Below, one piece after another: positions 26,347 to 36,360 of a stretch of DNA of 64,000 nucleotides; positions within the stretch are counted from its first letter, which is position 1, and each line of letters opens with the position of its first letter. The stretch lies in NCBI GenBank assembly GCA_964252035.1, contig OZ176201.1, one strand, 5' to 3'. The translations under genes were made by a program, and so were the position numbers. A model generated the notes under the pieces. That model was not told the origin of the DNA. It searched no databases and saw nothing but the letters and a program-made list of their open reading frames with translations. This stretch comes from Podarcis erhardii. Its lineage: Eukaryota.

Positions 26347-26742
26347 GCTGGTGCTTTCGGCTTCTTGTTACTGGAACAGAGCAGGATCTCAGTGTTTGAG
26401 TTCCTATAAATACTGTAGAGGGGGTGTGGTGTATAGCCTCCAATGTTCTGGGCAGAGAGGAAGTTCCCAGGCTAGTGTGCCTTTTCTTCTTTTGTTCCTT
26501 AATTACTTGAGAGATATCTTGAGTGATTTCTTGAGTGATATCCTGAGTACCACTTAGGTGGGTCATTAGGTGTGGATTAGTTGTTAAAGTCTTTTTGTCT
26601 TGACCAAGAGACACTAGCCTGGGAACTTCCTCTCTGCCCAGAACATTGGAGGCTATACACCACACCCCCTCTACAGTATTTATAGGAACTCAAACACTGA
26701 GATCCTGCTCTGTTCCAGTAACAAGAAGCCGAAAGCACCAGC

Positions 26743-26776
26743 CTGAAGATGACGAGTGAGACCTCGTCGAAACGTC
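26743..26776 (+). ncRNA. Minimal hammerhead-ribozyme-like motif, right pLTR
   Basis: CTGAAGA at 26743-49, a perfect 6-bp stem II GACGAG/CTCGTC, GAAA at 26769-72, then CGTC giving the palindrome ACGT and a GUC cleavage triplet. Stem I pairing is weak (2 bp adjacent). Confidence 0.6.
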
Positions 26777-26827
26777 GCCTAGACACCCCAACTTTTACAC
26801 GGGAAGACACCCGAGGACACCAAAACC

Positions 26828-26830
<3 letters not shown>

Positions 26831-26875
<45 letters not shown>
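26831..26875 (+). repeat. (AT)n microsatellite on the right flank of the PLE
   Basis: Direct reading of the sequence. Confidence 0.97.
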
Positions 26876-26876
<1 letters not shown>

Positions 26877-28484
26877 CCCTTGCATTGCAAGGGATTGGAG
26901 TAGATGACACTTAAAGTCCCTTCCAACTCCACAATTCTATGATTGTATTATTCTGTTTTGGTGAGCCTAAAAATGTTAAATGTATTGTTTCAGAAGCCAG
27001 AGCAGAGATGGGCTAAATCAGGTTCCCAGCTAGTACTAATGCTTCGACACACTTATCTCCCACTCCCCAATTGCCCTCCTCCTCTAGGAAAGCAAGCCGT
27101 CACAGTTTCTCCCCCCCCCCCGCATCTTTGCATCTAATGTGCTCTGCACAGAGAGATGCAACATGAGATTACTTTAACACTGAAAGGCTGGAGAAGCTCA
27201 ACATTCCAAAGGCGTTAAGTCACTCACATCTTAATCAGCCACACTGTGCTTCCGTAAGGGCCTTGAGGAAGGGGAGGCAATGCTGCAATGGGTCACTCTT
27301 TGGCTTTCTATTAAACATCAGCAGATTGGAAAAGTCAGCAGCAGAAAACTCCACTGCGCATCACTAAGACTTGCATGGGAGGACTGTTTTGCTGAGTAGT
27401 AAGGTCTGCACCCCACCCCACCCCGATTTAAGGCATCTATGTTAATCAGCTGTGAAGCCTAGAATAAATTTATCTGGTACATTTTGCTACTGAACAGCAA
27501 CAGTACGACACATTCCTTTCTGCATGGCAATTCTGGAAGAGGCTGCCACTGCTGGAAGGCACTCCTCTTGCTCTGTGCTGAAGCTCTGCACTCGTGATGC
27601 ATGGACACCTCACGAGAGCATACAAAGAGCCTGCAAAAGCAGGGGAGGACATGGGTCATTCAGATTTCAGTGGCACCCTGTGTGAGGCTAACACACCCAC
27701 CCACCCACACACCCACACACACCACCTCTTGCCTTCCATTCTATTCAATTCATAGTTGGGATGCCCAATGCAGCAGAACCAGCTGTGCTGCCCTAAATCC
27801 GCCCCTGGAAAAGGCCCATCCAGCCCAGTGGGTACACAGATGTCTAACAGGACATGACAGGAAGACCAGCTCTGCAAGTGCAAGGAGAAGCCCCAGCTGA
27901 CAAGGGACCTGTGCCCTTGCAACCCAGGCCCCGAAGAATTCACTTTCAGAATTCTCTAAAGAAATTGTGTAAGAAAAGGAGCAGCAATAAGCAACTTGAG
28001 CCCTCGAAATGTGTGGTCCTACAAGCATGGGCAGTGCGCCTTTAACACACCAACGTGAAAGTGATACAGGGGACCCAGAGTTATTTCTCGGTGTGTTTTT
28101 ATTTTCAATCAAGAGCACCAGTGCGGAGGGCTTTGAATCTGAGCACAGTGCTGGTGGAAGGCGAGTATAACCCTTTCCCCTAAGCCAAGGATGAGGCGAA
28201 CTGTGTGTGGCTTTCTGGATGTTGCTGGACTCCCAACTTCCATCAGTCCCAGGAAGCACAGTCAATTGTCAGAGATTGTGGGAGTCGTAGTCCAACAACC
28301 TCTGCCATCTCCAACCTGCTATTAGCCTTACATCATGAAAAATAGGAGTCACTGCTGTGGACCTTCGCTGCCCATTTCGGGCAAGAAGTTCCACGAAATG
28401 AATAAAAATGAAATGAATAAAAAATATTTAATTTAGCAACAGTTGCTTCTTGGCCTTGGAATTAAATTCTCACATTTCCATGTA

Positions 28485-28813
28485 CCGTATTTTTCGCCCT
28501 ATAGGACGCACATTTTCCCCTCCAAAAATGAAGGGGAAATGTGTGTGCGTCCTATGGGGCGAATGCAGGCTTTCACTGAGCTCTCCGGGCTTCATGAAGC
28601 TATCCTCCCAGCCCCGCAAGCTCCCAGAGCGCTCAGCTTCGGCATCGCCCTGGCTCCTGTTCTGGGGGCTGGGGTCGGAGGAAGCTCGGGCTTCCCCCGT
28701 CCCAGCCCCGCGCCTGGGGGGGGGGAGGGATAATTTTCCCCCCCTTTATTTCCCCCCCAAAAAATCTAGGTGCGTCCTATGGGCCGGTGCGTCCTATAGG
28801 GCGAAAAATAGGG
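28485..28813. mobile_element. Tc1/mariner superfamily (Tc2-like) MITE
   Basis: TA|CCGTATTTTTCGCCCTATAGGACGCA ... TGCGTCCTATAGGGCGAAAAATAGGG|TA: TIRs of about 26 bp, internal repeats of TGCGTCCTAT and a TA TSD. Confidence 0.9.
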
Positions 28814-30609
28814 TATTCCTTAACCATCAGCTCATGTATCAGCTGGGCAACTGTGTGTGTTGGGTGGGACAGAACAATCTGGGGCCTTTATCAGGTCCTT
28901 TAATGTCTCAGAGGCACATGGTTCACTTACAAGGGTAAAGAAGGCTCACTGAGATACCAGAATTAATCAGGAAACAGCATCAAAGAATATGGAGAAAGCA
29001 GACATAGCGGAAGGCCAGGGAGGAAATTACAAAAGTGAAGTCAGAGGATGAGGAAGCAAGGACAAGACTCTGCAGGACAGGCCAAAGGAAGGCTCAGTGA
29101 CACAGCATGCCGTACCAGCAGGCCCACTGCTTGTAAATAAGAAGGAACACAGAAAGACATGAGCATAGCATGGAAGGTGTTACAGATGACTACAATGCAA
29201 CTTTGCTTATAATCATGGCCATGGAGCACTAGACTCACTCATTATTCATTTGTTACATTAAATATTTATTGCGCTCTGGTAAGCGATTTAAAAGTGAAAC
29301 AGCAAGTAGGGCAATTGTTCTATTAACCTAACCAAGTGTCCCATTCTAAATGGCAAATCTTGTTTGCTTTTATTGTGCAATGAGATTACTTATTCTACCC
29401 ATCGCATCTGCATGTCACTCCACCTTCAAAAAAACACACCAAAAACTTAGGCTGGTGTACATGGTGTTATCTGACGCTATCCTCACAACCATCCTGAAAA
29501 GTAGGATATGTTGATGGACCATCCAATAATGTAACAAGCATGAATCTGAACCAGGTCCAATTCCAATGCTTGCTCTATCAACGCTGCCACCCTAATTTCC
29601 ACCCCATTAATTTCAATACTGTATCTGTTGTGAATGGTAATAAAATATTGACTTCTGATCATTTAATTACACAGAGGGCAGAATTCAAACCTACCAGCTT
29701 GGGGGGACTACACTGCTAAATACTGTGCTTGCAGTTATCAGGGATAATGAAGGTTGGTTTTCTTCCACTGCTGACTCCAGCTACAGAGCTGTTTCACTAT
29801 TCCCAAAGCTTCTGCAAACCGTCTGGCCTGTTTTATGCAGGGGGAAACATGAAGACGTGCAAAAAAAAAAAAAAAAACCTGCCCAAATCCCCAGAAAGTA
29901 ATAAGCAGCATCCATTCTCCAAATGTAACAATTACCTGGAAACTAGCCAAACAGCAAGGAAGGGAGAGCCTTTCCTGATACGGAGCAGCTTAAAATCAAG
30001 AAGAAACAAACACTTCCGATGAAAAACCTTTAAGCAGCTGTAGGGTGAAATTGCATTGAGCTAGATTTTCCTTTTCCTGCGTATTTTTCTTTATGTGCAG
30101 GTGTGGGGTAGGGACAAAAGGTGACAAGTTCAAAGAACCTAATTTAGAATCTCTAGAATCTATCTGTCTAAACACAATACATAAAGAATGCCTTTTTTTT
30201 TCCTGGCTAGCTACTGACTACCACCATCAGCAAGGTCCACCCTTAAGGGTGAGAATGAACCATCCCAAGATAGCATAAAGCTAGGATGCCTCCCCCCCAC
30301 AATGTCTCCTCATTTCTCTGCAACTAAAGAATCAAGCTATACCTATAATTACAAGGGGGAAATGGATTAAAAGGGTTGTTGAAGAACCTTGGAGACCAAT
30401 TGGTTTACTCTGGTGTATTTTTTGGTAGCTGCATTACTTGGATTGAGAGATGATAAGTATGCAGACATTGGGTTAATCATACTGACTGCAGGACAAACTC
30501 AAAAGGTAAACAGTGAAATCCAGACCATAAGATGGGAAAAATCTATAAAATGGGGTCAATGGCAGCAATATAAAGCTCTCTTTTATCATCCCTCCCTATA
30601 GTTTCCATA

Positions 30610-30869
30610 CAGTGGTACCTCTGGTTGCAAACGGGATCCATTCCGGAAGCCCGTTCGCAATGTGAAAAGCCTGCAACCTGAAGTGCCATATCTGCGCAGG
30701 TGCGTGGCGCGATTTGGTGTTTGTGCGCATGCGCGAAGCGCGATTTAGCGCTACTGCACATGCGTGAGTGGCAAAACCGAGAAGTAACCCTTTCCAGTAC
30801 TTCCGGGTCGCCGCAGGACGCAACCTGAAAAAACGTAACATGAAGCAAATGTAACATGAGGTATGACTG
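30610..30869. mobile_element. Tc1/mariner MITE (asymmetric-TIR subfamily)
   Basis: TA|CAGTGGTACCTCTGGTTGC ... GTAACATGAGGTATGACTG|TA with a CpG-rich core (GCGCATGCGCG). Confidence 0.87.
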
Positions 30870-32013
30870 TACTTCTATCCTTGTTCTGCAAAAAGAAGGA
30901 ACACCAGAAACTTCCTTCAGCATCAACGTAATGGCCTTCACTTTTGATCTTATGCTAGTTTGTTTATACAGCTCCAACTGGAGTCACAAGATTTTTGACG
31001 AAAGGCAGCCAGGAGGAGAGTCATGTCCTAAATGAACTACTCTGAAGCAACTGGACATGAGCTAGGCTCTTCACCTTTTCAAGAGGGTCAGAGCAATCCT
31101 AAGAATACATGAGGGGAAATCCTCTCTGGAGCTACAAACAGAGCACTGCTGGTTTGCTCTGACCATGAGCTGTGGGTGACTTTTTCCTCCCAACATTTTG
31201 TTGTTGTTTAACTTTACTACTTTTCCTCATTGGTACCAATGGAAGGGAAAATATTTACATCACTGATGGCCCAATTCATGGGCATACTGAGTTAACAGGG
31301 ACCTTTAGATTCAAGGTCACATACACACCCCTCTCTCTCTCACACTCACACACCCTATTTTCAGTGCTCAGATACATGCTAGGAATAAATCTGATACAGT
31401 TCACACACCTGAAGGATGGTAGGCATGATAATCCCCATCACAGTAAAAAAAACTTTCACTGCAAAAATTTTCATGACTTCAGAGTCAACACCTGTAAGGG
31501 CTTATTACCAACTGCTCATGCGCAGAGATCAGCAGCGCATTTGCCCCTGCAAGTCTGTCTGTCTCTCTCTCTCTCAAAGAAAATGCACACTACTGACTGC
31601 ATCATTCAATACAGAGCTAGGCTGCAAAAGCACAGTTCATTAAATTAAGAAGCAGACTTGGAGAAATGGAAATCGTTAAGGCTGTTAGAACAAACTTAAC
31701 CACAAAGGGAATATACCGTAATTAATGAAATGGCTACATGAATATTTCAACATGGATTGAAATACTAAAGGCATTTCACCGTTGTTACTAACTCACTTTA
31801 TGGCCAGCATTGCTATGATTATTTGCTGCTCTTCTAACTACCAAGCAGCATAGGGGCTTCCATGATCTTCAAGAAATATCGCCGTATAATGCATTAGTTT
31901 TCATAGGTTCATCGATAAAGCACCAATCTCCTAAATCGGAGAGCGTACACCATGAATGCCTCAAAATACCACCAATGCCATTACTCCTTTGAAAGTGGAA
32001 TGAGAACCGTATT

Positions 32014-33110
32014 TTTTTTTTTTTTATAAATATTTATTAAGGTTTTTAAATATAAATGCACACATAATAAACAGTCTTACTTCTTTCACAACAATTTCGT
32101 CACTTCTTTGGACTCCCTCACGTCTCCCGCTCCCATTTACATCGTTAAAAAAAAATTTTTTTCCAAACAAATTATCAACTTGTTTACAATCTCATGTCCA
32201 CTCATTCACATATAATCTAGCGCTTCTTCCAAAAAATTTTATATTTTCTTTAGTCTCACTTATCATCAAATTTAAATCTAGTTTAGTGGTGACCAGTTTT
32301 TTTATAATCTAGCATCCTTCTTAACATTCAACCAAATTACAATGTTTTTGTAGATACATCTTGAATTTCTCCCAGTCTTCCTCCAACTTCTCTTCTCCCA
32401 GATCACGGATTCTGCCGGTCATCTCGGCCAGTTGCATATAGTCCATCAGCTGCATCTGCCACTCTTCCAGTGTGGGTAGATCTTGAGTTTTCCAGTTTTT
32501 TGCGATGAGAATCCTTGCTGCCGTTGTTGCATACATGAAAAATGTTCGATCCTTCTTTAACACCTTCTGGCCGACAATGCCCAGGAGGAAGGCCTCTGGT
32601 TTCTTTGTGAAGGTATACTTAAATACCTTTTTCAGCTCACTATATATCATTTCCCAGAAGACCTTCACCTTAGGGCATGTCCACCAGAGGTGAAAGAATG
32701 TTCCTTCATTTTCTTTACATTTCCAACATTTATTATCAGACGAATGGTATATTTTGGCAAGTTTAACTGGGGTCATGTACCATCTATATATCATTTTCAT
32801 AACATTTTCCTTCAGAGCATTACATGCGGTGAAGTTCAGCCCAGTGGTCCACAACCTTTCCCAGTCCTCAAACATAATGTTATGCCCAATGTCCTGTGCC
32901 CATTTTATCATAGCCGATTTAACCATTTCGTCTTGTGTATTCCACTTTAGCAGCAAGTTATACATTCTAGATAATACCTTGGTCTTTGGTTCTAACAATT
33001 CTGTTTCTAACTTCGATTTCTCCACCTGGAACCCTAACTTTTTGTCATTTTTAAAAACTTCTTTAAGCTGAGCATAATGTAACCAGTCTCGCACCTTATC
33101 CTTCATTTTC
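32014..33110 (-). mobile_element. Young 5'-truncated LINE-1 insertion
   Basis: Poly(A) tail (T-run 32012-32025), a 3' UTR of about 295 nt and an uninterrupted ORF2 C-terminus. Flanking direct repeat TTGAAAGTG(G/T)AATGAGAACCGTATT at 31989-32013 and 33111-33135. Confidence 0.93.
32321..33106 (-). CDS. LINE-1 ORF2 C-terminal fragment (261 aa, CCHC zinc knuckle); not a host gene
   Basis: The open frame includes KMIYRWYMTPVKLAKIY and CWKCKENEGTFFHLWWTCPKVKVFW (C-x2-C-x8-H-x4-C), typical of the L1 ORF2 C-terminal zinc knuckle. RT and endonuclease domains are absent because of the truncation. Confidence 0.88.
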   Translation of the reverse strand: MKDKVRDWLHYAQLKEVFKNDKKLGFQVEKSKLETELLEPKTKVLSRMYNLLLKWNTQDEMVKSAMIKWAQDIGHNIMFEDWERLWTTGLNFTACNALKENVMKMIYRWYMTPVKLAKIYHSSDNKCWKCKENEGTFFHLWWTCPKVKVFWEMIYSELKKVFKYTFTKKPEAFLLGIVGQKVLKKDRTFFMYATTAARILIAKNWKTQDLPTLEEWQMQLMDYMQLAEMTGRIRDLGEEKLEEDWEKFKMYLQKHCNLVEC

Positions 33111-33720
33111 TTGAAAGTGTAATGAGAACCGTATTATGTATATTTTGAAAGAACAGATGGTTTGATCTAAAACGCAACACTAATCTTTTAACAACATTCT
33201 GCAAGCAAATTCAATTATTTAGCTGCAGTGAGTTCTGTGTACAGTTATGGCATCCAATGCAATATTTAAAAAGTATACCCAGCACTAGTCTATGGCAGAA
33301 GGCCAGACTCTGTTCAAAGCGGCTCTTTTCCAAAGTCCTTTATGGCTACCTAATTAGTAACTCAGTGCATCAATGTTTGCATGCTTAAAGAATTAGGGTT
33401 TGCCTATTTGCTACAATATGCTAAACATTCCCCAAACTTCCAATGGTTGTTTTCATAATTTGATTTCTTTACCCCACGCAACAACTTGGCACTCAGTCTA
33501 CAATTATAGTTGATGGGCCACTTTGGTGCTTATAGAAAGACGGTCAAATACACCTGACCTAAGTTAAAGAGGAACTGCAACACAGTAGACAATCTGTTAA
33601 TTGTTACCACAGTAGGAAGTGTTGCATATGCTTGCTTGAAAAAGTTAAAGAGATTCTTCTACTTCATTGAGGCTTCCTTGCTTCTTCTAAACAGCTTGTG
33701 CTTGTAACATCAAATTAATT

Positions 33721-33920
33721 AAAACAAAACAAATTCCTTCCAGTAGCACCTTAAAGACCAACTAAGTCAGTTCTTGGTATGAGCTTTCGTGTGCATGCAC
33801 ACTTCTTCAGATACACACGAAAGCTCATACCAAGAACTGACTTAGTTGGTCTTTAAGGTGCTACTGGAAGGAATTTGTTTTGTTTTGACTATGGCAGACC
33901 AACACGGCTACCTATCTGTA
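33721..33920. mobile_element. Small PLE-derived (Neptune-like pLTR or retrozyme-like) element with fold-back inversion, copy A
   Basis: Perfect 73-bp inverted arms (33721-33793 and 33814-33886) and a 12-bp TSD ATCAAATTAATT (33709-33720 and 33921-33932). The 3' tail CAGACCAACACGGCTACCTATCTG resembles reptile PLE pLTR ends. Positions 33721-33816 are identical to 62853-62948. Confidence 0.85.
33777..33814 (-). ncRNA. Minimal type-I hammerhead ribozyme motif, copy A
   Basis: Minus strand reads GTAT-CTGAAGA-A-GTGTG(CATG)CACAC-GAAA-GCTC-ATAC: 4-bp stem I GTAT/ATAC, CUGANGA core, 5-bp stem II, GAAA, palindromic AGCT in place of stem III, and a CUC cleavage triplet. Confidence 0.72.
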
Positions 33921-35492
33921 ATCAAATTAATTGTTTTTTCAACTTTTCATCAAACACTGTTTTTTCAGGAATAAAAAAACAGCTAAGTTCAGTAATTCCA
34001 AATTCAGCAAGGGATGCAATCCTTTGCACACATGTGGAGCTAGATCCACTGAAATCATCTGGATTCACTGCTGGGTAAACATGTGGAAGACCATAATATA
34101 ACACTTCTGCTTGGACTCATCTCCTGCACAATTGTCCCTGGAGCAGAACAGTATAGAACTCTAAAAATCCATAGAATGGTAAGAGACCTTCCAATTCCTT
34201 CACGTTTTATTTATAGGAACAATTCTAGGCCATTATTTGGTGCCAACAATGTGATGTTCAATATACAAAGCAAATATAAAATTAGTTATACTTTTTTTTA
34301 AAAAAAAAGTATGAACAATTTGTCACAAAATTAAGGTTCAGGATTAAAAGCAAAGAAGTGGGAAATTAAAACTAAAAAAGCCCCAATTAAAATCTGCTCT
34401 GGAGGGTTGGGGAAATATTTAGAGCAGATCTGGGTCACATGCAGGGAGGCGGAGGGGACAGGGAAGTTACTCTTGCAACACTGGATTTCACTCATCTAAG
34501 TTGCAGCTACTGCAATCAAAAGTGTCATACTTGCCATTTTCGACTGAGGCAATGGCACCTTTTGCTCTCCTTTACACTGGCATGTTTTTGCTCTGCTTGC
34601 AATCAAAATTACATCAGCTGTGCATGTCACAGATCAAAGATGGAAAAGTTGTGAAGAAGATGTTAAGGGAAACAATGCACCAAGTTTATGAAATAAGAAT
34701 GGCTGCAGAAGAGGAAGTGAGCAGCCATTCTTTGAGCCAGAAACAGGATGGAAAGCAGTGTTTAGAAGACCAATAAGAGGATACAGAAGTACAACAGGAG
34801 AGGGTACAGAAAGGGGAACAACGTGTAACAGGCGACACAGAGCAATGAAAGGCACGAACAGGAAGTATGATGTACAAGGAAAACAGATGCTTCAGAAAAC
34901 ATGCAAGCCTTTTTAAAGAATGGAATTAATGAAATAGATAAGAAACTTTCAAAGCATGTTAAGAACCTTGGGGAAAACATCTTCTAGCATAACACTGGCG
35001 TAGCACTGAAGTAACTAGATGCACATTCAGCAAAACGTGCTTAAAGGTGCAACACAGATATAGAATATAATTGCAACATTTGGATATTTACAGCAAACAG
35101 TTAGGAAGCACACCAATGGGATTTACTTGGGGCTGCAAGTAAATTCTGAAAAGCAGAGTGTGGCTAAAGAGCACTAAAGAGTATGGATATCAAAGGCCAC
35201 CACCTAAAAACTATGATGCAAATCAATTTGTAGGAGAGAGCCAATGAGCGATACTCAATACTGCATGAAAGGAATTCTCTTTCCATCCCTACCTCTGCCA
35301 CCAAATCTGCTCCAGGGGGTCCTCCAACCTTCTGAAGCAGAATCACTGGGCACAGGGGAGGTGTAGGAAGGAGTAAAGGAAGGAAAGTCCCAATACACAA
35401 CCAGAAGTCCATTCTGCAACTGGATGGCACTGCTGGATATCACCCTATTGTATTTTAACAGTGAAATGAGCCAGTGAAGAATTATCCAAGGA

Positions 35493-35689
35493 GAGGAGGA
35501 GGAGGAGGAGGAGGAGTAGTTTTGGATTTGATATCCCACTATACCACTACCCTAAAGAGCCTCAAAGCGGCTGACATTCTCCTTTCCCTTCCTCCCCCAC
35601 AACAAACACTCTGTGAGGTGAATGGGGCTGAGAGACTTCAAAGACGCGTGACTAGCCCAAGGTCACCCAGCAGCTGCATGTGGAGGAGC
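35493..35689 (-). mobile_element. 5'-truncated Squam3 SINE with (CCT)n tail
   Basis: Closely matches the reverse complement of 9869-10114 (the ORF track shows near-identical peptides at 9867..10103 and 35474..35695). (GGA)n tail at 35493-35516. Confidence 0.88.
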
Positions 35690-36006
35690 AGATAAGTATG
35701 CTGCCTCCCTTCTGCTATATTGCTATTATTGTTATTGGTGCTGATTTGATATTAACTGATGTTTTACTTGAAGATTATGTTATTTGCTGTTTTAGACTGT
35801 GATTTATTTATGTAACCCACCCTGGTGCTATTTGATGAACTCATCTCTACTGAAAGCACAGTGGAGAGAATAAGGGAGGACTGTCTAAAAGGTTAGGTTG
35901 TCAGTGTCTTGTAAAACATTTTAACAGGTTATAGAGGCTATCCACTGGCTTTTTATGTAACACAGAGCATGCAGCAATGCTAAGGTAACAGGTCACAGAA
36001 CAATTA

Positions 36007-36360
36007 CAGTGGTACCTCGCAAGACGAATGCCTCATAAGACGAAAAACTCGCAAGACGAAAGAGTTTTTCATTTTTTGAGTTGCTTCGCAAGACGGATTT
36101 CCCTATGGGCTTGCTTCGCAAGATGAAAACGTCTTGCAAGTTTGTTTCCTTTGTCTTAAAACCGTGCATTCAGGGGGTGCAGTTGCAACTTGACTTCGAG
36201 GAGCAACTCTTAGCAAGCGGTGTGGTAGCCTTTTTTGAGGTTTTTGAAGACTTTGGTGATTTTTGAAGCTTTTCCAAAATCCGTGCTTCGCAAGACGAAA
36301 AAACACGCAAGAGGAAAAAACTCGTAGAACGAATTAATTTCGCCTTGCGAGGTACCACTG
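36007..36360. mobile_element. Tc1/mariner MITE (GCAAGACGAA-repeat subfamily)
   Basis: TA|CAGTGGTACCTCGCAAG ... CTTGCGAGGTACCACTG|TA, with the internal motif GCAAGACGAA repeated several times. Confidence 0.92.

Larger units (their letters stand above)
26231..26832 (-). mobile_element. Penelope-like retroelement 3' end with inverted pseudo-LTRs
   Basis: Arms 26257-26478 and 26611-26832 (222 bp each) are exact reverse complements, and the ORF track shows the same 74-aa peptide on both strands. The spacer is 132 bp. The minus-strand frame ends ...KHQPEDDE*. The tail CCCGTGAAAATCTACGAAAG is PLE-like, and both arms carry a hammerhead-like core. Inverted pLTRs with HHRs are established PLE features. 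Confidence 0.85.

Noticed and set aside
26117-26885. Identical 74-aa peptide on both strands as a duplicated gene
   Set aside because: Explained by the perfect inverted pLTRs; this frame is antisense to the PLE sense strand and starts in microsatellites.
27750-28265. 171-aa minus-strand ORF, among the longest in the window outside the L1
   Set aside because: It starts inside a decayed hAT hairpin (about 28205-28290) and the peptide is unrecognisable.
28450-28938. 162-aa and 96-aa overlapping ORFs
   Set aside because: They run through the GC-rich Tc2-like MITE at 28485-28813; they stay open because of composition and show no transposase motifs.
34633-34716. AG/GT-bounded 84-nt open segment (IKDGKVVKKMLRETMHQVYEIRMAAEEE) in a purine-rich stretch; possible exon or decayed L1 ORF1 coiled coil
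   Set aside because: The acceptor lacks a polypyrimidine tract, the downstream frame has several stops, and I cannot match the peptide to a family without a search.
35200-35470. Minus-strand LVVYWDF as an L2 endonuclease remnant
   Set aside because: The motif order is inconsistent with the endonuclease domain and the match is too short.
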